Positions 35,523 to 48,614 of a stretch of 57,865 nt of DNA are shown one piece after another. How positions within the stretch are numbered: the stretch's first letter is position 1; each line of letters begins with the position of its first letter. The position numbers and the translations under genes were made by a program. The notes beneath the pieces were generated by a model, which was not told where the DNA came from, ran no database searches, and saw only the letters and a program-made list of their open reading frames with translations. Origin of the DNA: Nemertoderma westbladi (lineage: Eukaryota; Animalia; Xenacoelomorpha); assembly GCA_032718475.1 (NCBI GenBank), contig JAUCBJ010000714.1:1-57865 (forward strand), in the 5' to 3' direction.

Positions 35523-37186
35523 GGGTATATCTTTTGCGTAGAGGTATAGCCTACACAGAGGCTTCATGTAGGTATGTGTAGCCTACATGTAGATGCACGT
35601 GTAGGGTGAATGTAGGTAGGTGTAGTCCCATAGATATTAATGTAATTTATGTGTCAACTTGCAGTAACGTGATACACGGTCGTCAATCAGGATGTATGGC
35701 AATAATCTCTGATCTCCACGGTACAATACGGTACATCAACCTGCAGACCTGTCTGCTGTCAGACAACAGGTTTTAATGCATACCGTACTGCAGTACTGTA
35801 TAAATATCAAACATCGCGTTCTGATTATACTAAAGTCCCTTACTCATCGTCATAAATATTATGCCCTAATAAATTTGAGTATGCTAACGCCACGAAAGGC
35901 ATCGTTCCATTAGATTAACTCGTTCTGATTTATATGTTTATTGAGTAAGAGTAGGCCTAACCTAAACAAGAACAGCCATCATCGCGGGGACTATAGTCTA
36001 CCAGAAACCCTGACCCCCCTCTGCCCCTCTTTATATCTGTTTATCAACCATACATCCATGGGACTTGAACAGTACTTCAGCATTGAAATGTTTTGGACGT
36101 TTTGTTTTGAAAGTAAAAATATAGAAGTCTGGAAGTTTTGTTTGTTTTAATTTTTCAGGCAGTCACATTCCACCAACCAGCAACAGTCCCATCCCTTCCC
36201 ACTATCCCGCGGACCACCACACTGTTTCATTATAAAGTATTCCCATCTCGATGATGGGAATTAATCAGTAATCCGATGGGATTCAAATCCCATCTCGAAG
36301 TAACAGCAAAACAATAACACGAAAGTCAATAGCTTTACAGTTATATTTGATTGCATTGAAAGTTAATAGAAAGAAGAAGTTAAATTGCATATCCATTAAA
36401 ATATCATGAAATTGATACGGCAGTTTAGTAGATTAAAACGGCCACAGCAAGATTTATAAAGTGAAAAATAAGTAAAATCAGCACAGCACACAATATTATC
36501 AATATAGACATTGAAGACAATTTAATAAACAAATACTATAAAAAATATCTACTAACAATCAATACATGATATATATAATATATATACATCAGCGACTACC
36601 ATCGCCACTCTGGTTCAATCAGTCAGTCCGGTATCATTGTTAGCGTTTTGTTGAATTACCCACTCATCCTCAGACCCCCATGGACACCGACGACGAGCTC
36701 TAACCCGAACCGTTAGTCGATTCCTCCTTGACTGGAAACATAAGGTTCGGGCCGTTCGGCCCATACAAAGTCATTAGCCTCCATGCCCGAACCCGCAGGA
36801 TCATAAGATCTACAGTATGTATCGGTATATCGTTCAGTCGTTTTTTCCTTTGTCAGTACTGTAGTATTGATAGGCTCCGTCTCGTGGGTATTCAGGGGAC
36901 CCCCATTCGACGTATTCGCATCTCCTGGTTGTTTCGGGTACCACCGCCCGCCATATGCGCATCTCTTCATGGTTGTTCCGGGTACCACCCCCGTTCGCCG
37001 CATTCGCATCTCATCGAGGAAGTTCGGGTCCGGGTACCCCGTGTAGGCCTATTCATTCATCATTGTTGTTTTTAAAGACCTACCTACACCTACCTACATT
37101 CACCCTACACGTGCATCTACATGTAGGCTACACATACCTACATGTAGCCTCTATGTAGGCTATACCTCTACGCAAAAGTTATACCC
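35523..37186. mobile_element. Non-autonomous Mutator-like element with 1.4 kb of internal sequence
   Basis: ~100-bp TIR gggtata.cttttgcgtagaggtatagcctaca... 9-bp TSD gatgtgacc at 35514-35522 and 37187-37195. Confidence 0.88.
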
Positions 37187-37599
37187 GATGTGACCCTGTC
37201 ACCTTGCCGTTTGCTTGCCTTGCCACCAAGGCCTACTAAAAGACTTATCTTCTTCTTTTCTTCTTTTAGTACTGTAGTAGGCCTAGGCCTTGCCACCACC
37301 AGACTGTATTCGGTACCAGTCTGCCAGTATTGTGTATTGTACCGGTAGGCTATATTACAGCCTTTATACATATTGTACGGCAGTACGGAAGTACTTTAAA
37401 GTAGGCTTAGAAGAGACCTTATCTGATGAGCTGATCCTTATCTAACTGTCTAATAAACTAAAACTGTAATCTGGTAATAGCTACTGCATACTGCTGTAGT
37501 ACTGACTCATTATTACTTCGCTGCTTCGATATCTGACAGACAGTCTGCCTCCAGCTCTGGTACTGGCGACTGTCTGACTGTGGGCAGGCCAGATGCAAG

Positions 37600-39315
37600 A
37601 TGGCATCAAGGAAATGGTTTCACCCTGGCCTAACCGGTCGTAATGCGGAGGACTTGTTGAAAGATAAAGTAGATGGCGGCTTCTTAGTACGCCCGAGCGA
37701 AAGCAACCCGGGGGATTTTACTCTGTCGGTAAAACACGGCGACGAAACTACCCACATAAAGATCCACAGCACAGATGATTATGTAGACCTTTACGGAGGG
37801 GAGAAATTCGCAAACCTCAGCGAACTGATTGAGCACTACACACTAAACCCGGGTCATCTAAAGAAGAAAACCGGAGAAATAATCACACTAAAAGTGGCTA
37901 TTGGCACCGGGGAAGTGGTTACCGTTGGTAGGTGGTTCCACGGATCCATGAAAGGTTCCGATGCAGTCAAGCTGTTGACTATTAAGACGCAAGAAGCAGG
38001 AGGGTTCCTTGTGCGAGAGAGTACAAGCGAGCCCGGTAACTACGTACTCAGTGTTCGCTATAATGAAGGAGTAACTCACATTAAAATATATCACAAAGAC
38101 GGTAAATTCCACATCGGCGGAGGAGAATCGTTCAGCAGTCTCACGCAGTTGGTAGAAGAGTACCAGAAAAAGCCATTGATAGAGAAGTCGGGAAGAGTGA
38201 TAAAGTTACTGAGGCCGTTTAACAACACGAAGGTCGCGGTTGATCAGATCGATGAGCGGATGAAGGAATTAGCAAAGGAGGATGGAAGCGTTTACGGGTT
38301 TATGGAGGAGTTCGACGATTTAGCTGAGCAAGAAAATAAACATTTACTGAGTCGGAAAGAGGGAATAAAGCCAGAAAATAAACGACTCAACCGGTTCAAA
38401 AACATTCTTCCATTTGACATGACTCGCGTTGTTCTAATCGGCGGAGTTACCGATTATATTAATGCGAACTTCGTGAGGCCGATAGACGACGACGGCCGCC
38501 CGCACCAGCATTCCAAACTGCATCCGATTTACATCGCCACGCAGGGCTGTCTTAAAACCTCGGTCAACGATTTCTGGCGGATGGTCTGGCAGGAGGGGGT
38601 CGGGGTCATCGTAATGACGACTAAGTTGGTGGAGCGAGAGAAAATTAAATGTTTCCGGTACTGGCCAGAGACCAAGGCGACTCCATTGCATTTCGACGAT
38701 TTTGAGGTTGTTCTAAAATCCGAGGAAACGCATCCGGAGTCAACGATTCGGTGTCTTGAACTCCGACAGAAGTCGGACGGCGATTGCATGCGCGTTTTCC
38801 ACCACCACTTCACGGCGTGGCCCGACTTCGGAGTGCCGAAGGACCCCACCAGCGTGCTGGACTTCCTATACCACGTCGATATGAACTTCAAGAGGACCTG
38901 GGAAGACTTCCGAATGCAAATTTCAGACCGATGCGAGCCAATTTCAGCCCGGCCGCGAGGGTATGGGCCGGTGGTGGTGCACTGCAGTGCGGGGATTGGT
39001 CGCACGGGAACCTTCATAGCCATCGACATGATCTTACACAAGCTGCGAGAGTTCGGCATTAAATGCGAGATCGACATCCATCGGACGATCCTACAGATGC
39101 GAGAGGAGCGGAGCGGAATGGTGCAGACCGAGGCGCAATACCGGTTCATCTACCGGGCCATCCAACAGTTCGTCACGCAGGTCAAGGAGTTCAGTGGGGC
39201 GTTACTTAAACAGCAGGAGGACGGGTTGGAGTACCACAACGTGCGGTACATCGCGGACCAAATGTCTGCGGAATCCGGGGCCGTTTACGAGAATCTAAAG
39301 CATCAGTCGGAGTGA
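37600..39315 (+). CDS. PTPN11: SHP2/corkscrew-type tyrosine phosphatase (SH2-SH2-PTP), single exon
   Basis: WFHP...[17 protein letters not shown]...DLYGGEKFA; second SH2 WFHG...FLVRES; [52 protein letters not shown]; tail EYHNV and VYENL. Confidence 0.95.
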   Translation: MASRKWFHPGLTGRNAEDLLKDKVDGGFLVRPSESNPGDFTLSVKHGDETTHIKIHSTDDYVDLYGGEKFANLSELIEHYTLNPGHLKKKTGEIITLKVAIGTGEVVTVGRWFHGSMKGSDAVKLLTIKTQEAGGFLVRESTSEPGNYVLSVRYNEGVTHIKIYHKDGKFHIGGGESFSSLTQLVEEYQKKPLIEKSGRVIKLLRPFNNTKVAVDQIDERMKELAKEDGSVYGFMEEFDDLAEQENKHLLSRKEGIKPENKRLNRFKNILPFDMTRVVLIGGVTDYINANFVRPIDDDGRPHQHSKLHPIYIATQGCLKTSVNDFWRMVWQEGVGVIVMTTKLVEREKIKCFRYWPETKATPLHFDDFEVVLKSEETHPESTIRCLELRQKSDGDCMRVFHHHFTAWPDFGVPKDPTSVLDFLYHVDMNFKRTWEDFRMQISDRCEPISARPRGYGPVVVHCSAGIGRTGTFIAIDMILHKLREFGIKCEIDIHRTILQMREERSGMVQTEAQYRFIYRAIQQFVTQVKEFSGALLKQQEDGLEYHNVRYIADQMSAESGAVYENLKHQSE

Positions 39316-40449
39316 GTCCTTATAATCCCTCTAATCCCGCCCTCTGGCATCCAATCCCTGTTTCAAACACACCCAATCCCCGTTTCGGTTCCCAAAACAT
39401 CTCAGCATTCATCCCACTTTAACATTTCCCAGAAAGTTTACGTAAGGAGACCAACTCGCCTTGCCGGACAAATCAAACTTTAATCCCCGAAATATCTCTA
39501 GAAAACAATTTTTTTAATACTGTATGAAAAACTCACCATTAACCAGTAATGCCAACCACTTCCATTTACACTCTCATGTGGTATCTGTAAATGTAATACA
39601 ATGTTTATTCTATCGGATCTTTCTTCACCCTAAATTCGAACTTTTTATAGCCAGGCCAGGTGTTAATAGCACATGTATGATTGCTATTATTTTGTCACAT
39701 TGTGTCTGCGGTGCCGTTACACGCGATAGAGAGGCCACAAAAAAGAATTGTAAGTCAGACTTGAGTCTTTGTCCGACTTCTTCTTATTTCGGTGTCTTTT
39801 TGGTCGTAACGGCACCCCATAATTGGGATATTACCAACTTAGCATACAAATATTGCATTTATTGGCCATGGGTTGTACAGTACAGTATTCAAATAATTTG
39901 GTTTCCTATAATCTAGCCCTGCACCCATTTGTTAATTCCTAGAGTTGTGCTTCTTATTTATTTGTATACGATATATAATTTACGATTCTGATGGCTAAAC
40001 TTACATTTACTTTAATCGTATAATGATGAACCTTATTTGTAAACTGATTATTGTTATTGGTTTTATGAGCGTTTTTCTTTGAAAAATATATCGCGATCGA
40101 AAATATGTTATGTAATTCTGTAATTTTGTGACTAAATTTAATATCTTTACCTTCAAATTTAAATTATGTAACAAACATTTACGTTTAAACTAAAACTAAA
40201 CCTTATCATATTTAATTATTTGTTGTACGTTTTAGATGTTTAATGTGTTCTGATTGCATTAATTAATTTATTAATATAATCTGTTCTGATGCATTAATAA
40301 ATATGTAATTAGTAATTATAGTTTGTTTCATACTATTAAGTGCGTTACACTGGTTCGTTACACGGAAGTTACACCTTAGCCTTGCTGATTTTAAAACGAA
40401 ATATAAATTATATAAGATGATTTATTTATTCATTGAATGTAGCATAATT

Positions 40450-41165
40450 GACTATGCAGCATACTCTAATATGCTGCATACTCGACTGTGCTGCATTCTC
40501 GACTATTTTGCATTCTCGACTATGCTGCATACTCGACTATGCTGAATTCTCGACTATGCAGCATTCTCGACTATACTGCATTCTCGACTATGCTGCATTC
40601 TCGACTATGCAGCATACTCGAATATGCTCCATTCTCGACTATGCAGCATACTCGACTATGCTGCATTCACGGCGATGCTGAATACTCGATTATGCTGCAT
40701 TCTCGAATATGCAGCATACTCGACTATGCTCCATTATCGACTATGCTGCATTCTCGACTATGCAGCATACTCGACTATGCTGCATTATCGATTATGCAGC
40801 ATACTCGACTATGCTCCATTCTCGACTATGCAGCATACTCGACTATGCTGCATTCACGGCGATGCTGAATACTCGATTATGCTGCATTCTCGAATATGCA
40901 GCATACTCGACTATGCTCCATTCTCGACTATGCTGCATTATCGACTATGCAGCATACTCGACTATGCTGCATTATCGATTATGCTGCTTTCTCGACTGTG
41001 CTGCATTCTCAACTATGCTACATACTCGACTATGCTGCATTCTCGACCATGCTGCATACTCGACTATGCTGCATTCTCGAATATGCAGCATACTCGACTA
41101 TGCTCCATTCTCGACTATGCTGCATTCTCGACTATGCAGCATACTCGACTATGCTGCATTCTTGA
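40450..41165 (+). repeat. ~17-bp minisatellite (tcgactatgc(t/a)gcat(t/a)c), ~40 copies, with an internal 187-bp higher-order duplication
   Basis: Direct reading. The variant cattcacggcgatgctgaatac recurs at 40664 and 40851. Confidence 0.92.
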
Positions 41166-41472
41166 CTTCCAGTAAATAATAATTGCGGAACCGTTTCACC
41201 CCATTCCTCGCTCATTTGTTGCTTCCTCTCAGTCCGGTTAATTTTAAGTTTCAATTACCAATACTCATGACTGACTGACTGACTGACAGTCATATTTAAA
41301 TTAATTTACCGTTATTCATACAGTAATTATTATTATGTTTATTGTAATCTCAATTTCTGAAGGCGCATACCTACCTCCGTCCGCCAGTCCCAACGTACGT
41401 TGGAACTTCGCCCACACGAAGTCTAGATGGAGCCTTCTTTGCGCATCAGTACAATTAGTGAACCTGGTTATT

Positions 41473-41487
41473 CGCCCCCTAGCGGCC
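41473..41487 (-). promoter_or_regulatory. CTCF-like motif
   Basis: Minus strand ggccgctagggggcg closely fits the CTCF core CC(A/G)SYAGRKGGC. Function untested; may sit within a repeat. Confidence 0.3.
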
Positions 41488-42523
41488 GATAAAGGGACTA
41501 TAGAAGTCTGTCTGTGTGTATAATTTCTAAACTTTTTATGGAATACATGTGTACCGAGATTGACCTACTTTTAGCGTTCACATTTTCCCAACGACGACAG
41601 CATATCAAGCAAGTTCACTAATTATATCGGCTGCGCAAAGGCTCACATACATTTCGTGGCTCGCCCCACATTAATGATACTACAATATTCGGATTTTTAT
41701 TTGTGAATTTTATTGGTTGAAGTTTTAATTATTATTATTTGATTTTTGTATATAATTACGTCTATCTCTCTATGTATGGTTTGTTATTTTATATTTATGT
41801 ATTATAAAACATATACCGTGCTTACCTTAAAAGAAATTGAACAACATTGGGTTGTTATTGTATACTTCGTATTATATTTGGAATCTTAAACTTATTATGT
41901 TTATATTTAATTATTAATTGGTGCTTATTAATATTTTCCAGTTGATATTCGAATGTCTTATTGCTATTTCAATGCTGTAAAATTATATCACCCAGATTTC
42001 TGATACATTTTTAGATTCTTTATTAATCACCCATCTGATGTGCCGGTTTATGGCGTAAGAAATAATTATTCTTTCTTAGGATTCCGCAGACTGAAGCTAT
42101 AATTACAGGAAACTCGCGACAACCAAAATGAGAAAATCTTGTAATAGAAACTAGGTTGTAATGGAATACGTACTACGTACCACTTCAATCAATAGGTAGC
42201 TTTCTAGACGACAAAACACATATAGTATACATTGACGGACATACCAAACTGTACAAAACTACTGAAATAACACTACTTTAGTGCAATAAAATATTAACAC
42301 TAATTTACTAACTCATTAAAACTGTTAACACTGACTTCGTGAAACTGCAAGACTGGATCATTGTCAACAAACTTTCAATAAATTGAAAGATAACGAGTAT
42401 TTACTGTTCCAATGCCCGACAAACATTGATCCGACAAACTGTTACAATAATGTCCAATGTCCATCCCTTGGCAAAAATAAACGCCCGAAAATGTCAAGCA
42501 AATTTTATAGATAACAAAATTTA

Positions 42524-45500
42524 ATGAAAAATCTATTGCGAACCTTATCAAAATCTCAACACTTCAGGAATCTTTTTCAAATTACAGCAATGAGAAACGG
42601 GATATTGAGACCAACCCAGGACCCAGCAGGACGCGGGCCCCGAAGATCAACTGTCCCGTCTGTCAACAAGGAACAAACTCTCGGAGTAAGATCGTCCAAT
42701 GCGAGAGTTGTGACACATTTGAACATTTAAAATGTTACCGTAGGAAAAGCAGTAATTTATTCTCCACCAGAAACAATCTTGAGCCAAGTTTTCTCTGCAA
42801 TAGCTGTATTTTTACCGAACTTCCCTTTCATGATACTATTTTAGAATCAGAAACCGACGATTCATTCCTCACATCGCCTCTGCAAACTCCAAGTGATGCT
42901 GAGAGTGAAACTTTTAAATTTTTTAAGAAAAAAGGTCTGCATTTTTTGCATTTAAACGCACGATCTCTGCTTCCCAAACTTTCCGAAATTCGTATTTTAA
43001 TCAATAAACCCAACCCAGCAGTTTTAACAATGTCTGAAACTTGGCTCGATGATAGCGTTTCTGATGGATAAATTTATATTGATAATTACGTAGTTTTACG
43101 TAAGGATAGGGATAGACACGGTGGTGGTGTCTGTACTTACATTCGATGGGATTTAGCTTTTAATCGTAGGGAAGATTTAGAGTCTTGTGACGAAGTTTTA
43201 CTGGTGGAACTTTTACTTCCTAAAACTAGACCTATTTTAATCGGTACTTAATATCGGCCCCCTAAACAATCAGATTTTTTGCAAAATTTTGAAAATACAA
43301 TTTTATGTAATCTTACAGTAGGTCAGACTGTGAAATATATTTCTTAGGTGATTTTAATATCTGTTACCATCACAAAGCATCCCCCATCTGTAAACAGTAC
43401 CAAAGTATTTTAAATTTGTTTGGTTTAAAACAAATTATTCGAGATTCTACCAGAATCACCAGTAAAACTTATACTTTACTAGATCACATCCTTTGTAATA
43501 ATACCGATATTATTTCTCAATCTGGGGTTTTACCTATAGGTCTAAGCGATCATTTTATAGTTTTTTGCACAAGAAAGACACAAAAATCTTTTTTCGGGGA
43601 TCATAAAACAGTAACTGTTAGGTCTATGAAAAATTACAGCCAAGGAACGCTTTTTAAGTTTGTTAGTTAATTCAGACTGGGAACCCTGTTTTAAGGCCGC
43701 TGACATTAACCTTGCGTACACTGTTTTTAAAGATATATTTCTAAAGGCACTTAATACTGTAGCACCAATTAAAGAAATTAGTCTTAAACAACGCACTGAG
43801 CCCTGGATGACCTCGGGTATTCTTAGTAATATCAGAGAAAGAGATAACTATTTGTATAAATTTAGGAAATACCGTGTTTTAGCTGATTATAATAATTACT
43901 GCAAATATAGAAACCTTGTCCAACAGGAAATAAAAAAAGCTAAATCTGCATATTTGTACAACAAAATAAGTGAGAATAAAGATAATCCTAAAAGTCTATG
44001 GTCTACCCTAAAATCTTTAGGTTATAAAAACCTTAAATCTAAATCGAATATTGTTCTGCAAGATAACGGTGAGCTGATTCATGATCGTACTCTAGTTAGT
44101 AATTTATTTAATAATTATTTTACTAATGTTGCCTCTAATTTAGTTAAGAAGTTACCGTTATCAAGTAATAAATATAGTATAGGGTCCGAAACTAAAAGTT
44201 ACAAAATTCAGAAAAGTTATTTTTAAAACCCGTTTCTAAGGATTTCGTTTTTCAAAATCTACTTAGCCTATCAGCCTCAAAAAGTACCGGTCTAGACCTA
44301 ATACATGCCCGTTTTCTTAAGGATGGTGCTGAAGTATGTACTTAAAGTGCCTATTACTTTTATTATTAATTACTCTATCGTAGATAATGTAGTACCAGAC
44401 GAACTGAAATTAGCTAAGGTTGTTCCTCTGTATAAAAAGAATAGTAAAGTAGAACCCTGTAATTACAGACCTGTTAGTATCTTAAGTATTGTATCTAAAA
44501 TGCTAGAACGTTCTGTTTTTCTACAGCTGGAGGCACATCTTAGTAGGCTAAATCTGATCTATGAACTTCAGTCCGGTTTTCGTAAATCATATTCTACAGA
44601 CACCTGCCTTATTAACTTAACTGATACAATTAGATGTAATAACGCAAAGGGTTTATATACTGGTATGGTAATGTTGGACCTACAAAAAGCTTTCGATACT
44701 GTAGATCACGAAATTCTGCTTGGTAAGTTAGGCCTGATGGGTGTAGGTTCTATAGACTGGTTCAAGTCCTACCTGTCAGACAGAGGTCAAACTGTAGTCA
44801 TTAGCAAATCGCAGTCTACTGTACAAGAGATTACCTGTGGTGTACCGCAAGGTAGTACAGTATATTAGGTCCTCTGATTTTTGTATGCTATGTAAATGAT
44901 ATGATAAGTAGTATAGATCCCGATTTTAAACTCATTTTATATGCCGACGACAGTGCTCTTATTTTCTCTCATAAAGATCCTATCCATATTTCCCAAAAGT
45001 TAAGTGCAGTTCTAGAATCCTGTAATGAGTGGTTGGTTGATAATAAGCTATCCATTCACTACGGTAAGACTGAAAGTATTTTGTTTGGTTCCAAAAGAAA
45101 GTTAAAGAAGGTAACTAAGTTTGAAGTCACTAGTAATGGATATAAGATTGAAAATAAAAAGGAAGTTAAATATTTAGGCGCCACATTGGATAACTGCTTA
45201 TCAGGAGAAAGTACAGTGAAAAATATTTTCTCGAAAGTTAACAGTAGGCTCAGGTTTCTATACAGAAATAAAAATAGTTTAAATACCGACTCCCGCAAGT
45301 TACTTTGTTCTTCTTTAATACAGTGTCACATGGACTATGCATGCTCTTCTTGGTATGAAGGCTTAACCAAACAGCTTAAATGTAAATTACAAGTAGCTCA
45401 GAATAAAGTAGTACGATTTATTAAAGACTACAAACCTAGGCACCACCTAACTCCAGATGACTTTTCTGAATCTGGACTACTTAACTTAGATAGTAGAGTT

Positions 45501-47554
45501 AAGCAGCTACGCCTTAACCATGTGCATAAAGTGTATAATGGTAAATGTCCCAATTACCTAAAACAAAAATCCAACAGAGTACGCGATACACACTCTTAGT
45601 ACCAGAGCTAGTGCTTCAAACTTCTACCTCCCGAATTGTAAATCCTTTGAATCTGATACTTTCTTTTTTAACGGCATTAAAAATTGGAACGATCTGCCTA
45701 ATGAAATTAAAAACCTAGATAATCAACATTCTTTTAAATCTGCAGTTAAATCTCACCTATCCGTGTGCAATGTAAAATAAGGTACTGTACAATAGTACTA
45801 CAGTAAGTTATTAGTTTATTAATTATTTACTATTTATACTGTAATTACGTTTTATAATAAATTGTTCTGTACATTACATCTTTATCGTTGAGTCGGGCAT
45901 TGTCACGCTCTCGGTAAAGTTGTACATGTATATAGTGTAATTACGTTTTATATTGGTTTTAGGTTAGCGTAGTGTAATATTGTATTTGTAACCAAGTAAC
46001 ATAAACGCAATAATTTTTATTGTCCGTTTAAATCCTTTTTTTGTCCTTTTTTTTATTTTTTATGTCCTCCAAAAGTCTAATGTTAGGTTCCATGCTACCG
46101 GTTTCTCTACTGCTGTTCTCTCAGGCTATCAGTACCGGTTTTAGTATATATAGCACTATTTTGCTGTATTGTATGTACAGATGTAGGTATAAAGTAGGTA
46201 TTTCTGTATTTTAGTACCGGTACCGGCACCGGTACTGCTATAGGCCTACTGTGTAGCCTACCATTTAAATACGGTAATGGTAGGCCTACCGGTTGTGCTA
46301 ATAAATTTTAAATAATTGATAGGCCAAACTGGATTGCAGGATTTTTAAAATGTGGATATACCTTTCACATAATTTAGGCCTATTACTGTATTAGTTTTAT
46401 CGTCTCTGTAACCTGTTCCTTTCCCTCAATTAGTTAAATGATCGTTTATTGTTTTGGTTAGAAAATCCCGCCTCTGTAACCTGCCCCTTTCCCTCAATTA
46501 GTTAAATGATCGTTTATTGTTTTGGTTAGAAAATCCCGCCTCTGTAACCTGCTCCTTTCCCTGAATTGGTAAAGTGACCGTTTATTGTTTTGGTTAGAAA
46601 GGCCCACCTCTGTAACCTGCCCCTTTCCCTCAATTAGTTAAATGATCGTTTATTGTTTTGGTTAGAAAATCCCGCCTCTGTAACCTGCTCCTTTCCCTCG
46701 ATTAGTTAAGTGATCGTTTATTGTTTTGGTTAGAAAATTCCGCCTCTGTAACCTGTCCCTTTCCCTCAATTAGTTAAATGATCGTTTATTGTTTTGGTTA
46801 GAAAATCCCGCCTCTGTAACCTGCTCCTTTCCCTCAATAAGTTAAGTGATCGTTTATTGTTTTGGTTAGAAAATCCCGCCTCTGTAACCTGCTCCTTTCC
46901 CTCAATTAGTTAAGTGATCGTTTATTGTTTTGGTTAGAAAATCCCGTCTCTGTAACCTGCTCCTTTCCCTGATTTGGTAAAGTGACTGTTTATTGTTTTG
47001 GTTAGAAAACTCGGCCTTAACCTGCTCCTTTCCATCAATTGGTAATTGTTTTTGGCTATAAAATGAGTGTTTTGCTACGTCATGTGGTAATCGATTATCG
47101 ACAACAACCACAAACTATTAAATATAGAGTCTTTTTACCACAGGCGCATATGGAAATCTATCTCATAGTCTATAAATCATGGAATCATGGAATGTTTTGG
47201 CACAGGCATAGTGACTAACTAGTGATCAATTGTCTGACAGTCCAGAAATCAGCAGTCTGACAGTTTGAAGAAATACATACATAAAATGTCATTAAAAGGA
47301 CAATAAAAGTCATTAAATGGACAACAAAAGTCATTATGCATAATTCGTAAAAAAAAAAAAAATGACAAAAAAAGTCAAATAAAAGGACATATAAAATCAC
47401 TGCCTAACATAAAGGACCCCCTTGGAAATAAGCTGCAAAGCTTTAGGGGTAATCCTATATGTTATGTTGGTCAATACCTTTATACCGGTACATTGTTTGG
47501 TGTATTATTTTGTTACTGTTTTTTACATAATGTATAAATAAATCTATCTATCTA
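42524..47554 (+). mobile_element. CR1/L2-group (Crack/Daphne-like) LINE, degenerate, with long 3' UTR
   Basis: 2A DIETNPGP (42601-42624), PHD (42652-42807), [72 protein letters not shown]. Coding ends at ~45780. 3' ggacccccttggaaataag...aaataaa(tcta)3. Confidence 0.9.
46401..47056 (+). repeat. 68-bp tandem repeat, ~9.5 copies
   Basis: tgtaacc recurs at 46407, 46475, 46543 and onward. Unit ctctgtaacctg..cctttccctcaattagttaaatgatcgtttattgttttggttagaaaatcccgc. Confidence 0.95.
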
Positions 47555-48566
47555 CGGGACAATCACAATAGAATGGTTAAAATTATAAAAATATAATTTT
47601 TTGAATATTTATCATCCCTTACGGAATCCTTATTCAGGCAAAGACAACTTTAAACTGCAGTAATTTAGACCGGTAATGATACAGAATGTGATCCCATGGC
47701 CTTTTACAAATGAAGGCAAATTCTGCCAATTTACATACTAAGAACATAGTTACAACTCACATACTTGTACAATTAAAACTAAAGCAAACAAAATAATTAG
47801 ACCAATAACTTCCGAGAACGTGCGGCTCCAATATACAAATTATTTTATATTTGACCATTTTACAAACTTTTTCGTTTCATTTAACATTTATTTTATTCAA
47901 TACAAGAGCAATTGATTGGACAACAAGCCAATATAGTGGCTTATGAGCGCCCGTTTGCCATATATATACAAGCAATAACACCGGTACACAATTAATATAT
48001 GATATGTAAACGCTCGACAGAATATATTGCGAGTAATATAAATGTAAATAAAGTCTCAAGCAGACGTACACACAACACACATGCACCCCAATAACCCCCA
48101 CACACACATGCAACGCCCGAGCAGCCCCGATACGCAGCACCGAAGGCGCCAAAAACAGCGTGCAGAACGAGCCGTAATGGTCATTTGAATAGGTAACATA
48201 TTTTTTAAGTAAGATTGCGTGTTAGCACATTATCTGGTGCCAGAAGCAGGCCTTTCAAGGGGTGCAGTAGTTAGACCTAACATCATGGTATTATTCACAG
48301 ATATGTTGCCCTGAAAGAAAAGTGGCCCACACCCGGTTGAGTAAGGGCTACCTCTGCGGGTGTAAGATTAATCCCACGCCCGGGGTGAAAGCGTGGACTA
48401 GAGCCCGGGAGGAGGTGGCCCACACCCGGGCGGGTAAAGGCGGCCAAGAACAGTATGATTGAGCACAGTGACAGTAGGTGGTCGTATTGACACCTGGGAG
48501 GACATGAGGAGGTAAATTGCGGACATACAAGGTATCAGATAATATTTCCAGGTCTATCTTTTACCT

Positions 48567-48614
48567 GAGCCGCTAGCTGAATGGTTAGAACGTCAGACTT
48601 CCAACCCGGAGGTC
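48567..48614 (+). other. Truncated tRNA-like sequence (probable SINE head)
   Basis: A-box tagctgaatggttag, anticodon-like loop cttccaa, then ggaggtc. No T-arm/B-box. Confidence 0.45.

Noticed and set aside
37423-37465. ctgatgag as a hammerhead core
   Set aside because: No stem II followed by GAAA.
38434-39149. Antisense/alternative-frame ORFs inside PTPN11 (and likewise in SLC22 and PLPP)
   Set aside because: Expected shadows of real CDS; no recognisable motifs.
40448-41179. Several overlapping ORFs of 77-183 aa
   Set aside because: Artefacts of a stop-poor minisatellite; repetitive in all frames.
46401-47056. Regular repeat arrays (also 54210-54641, 1480-1840) as CRISPR
   Set aside because: No unique spacers, no cas genes, eukaryotic context.
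48567-48614. Functional tRNA-Gly(TCC)
   Set aside because: Lacks T-arm and 3' acceptor strand; kept only as a tRNA-like fragment.
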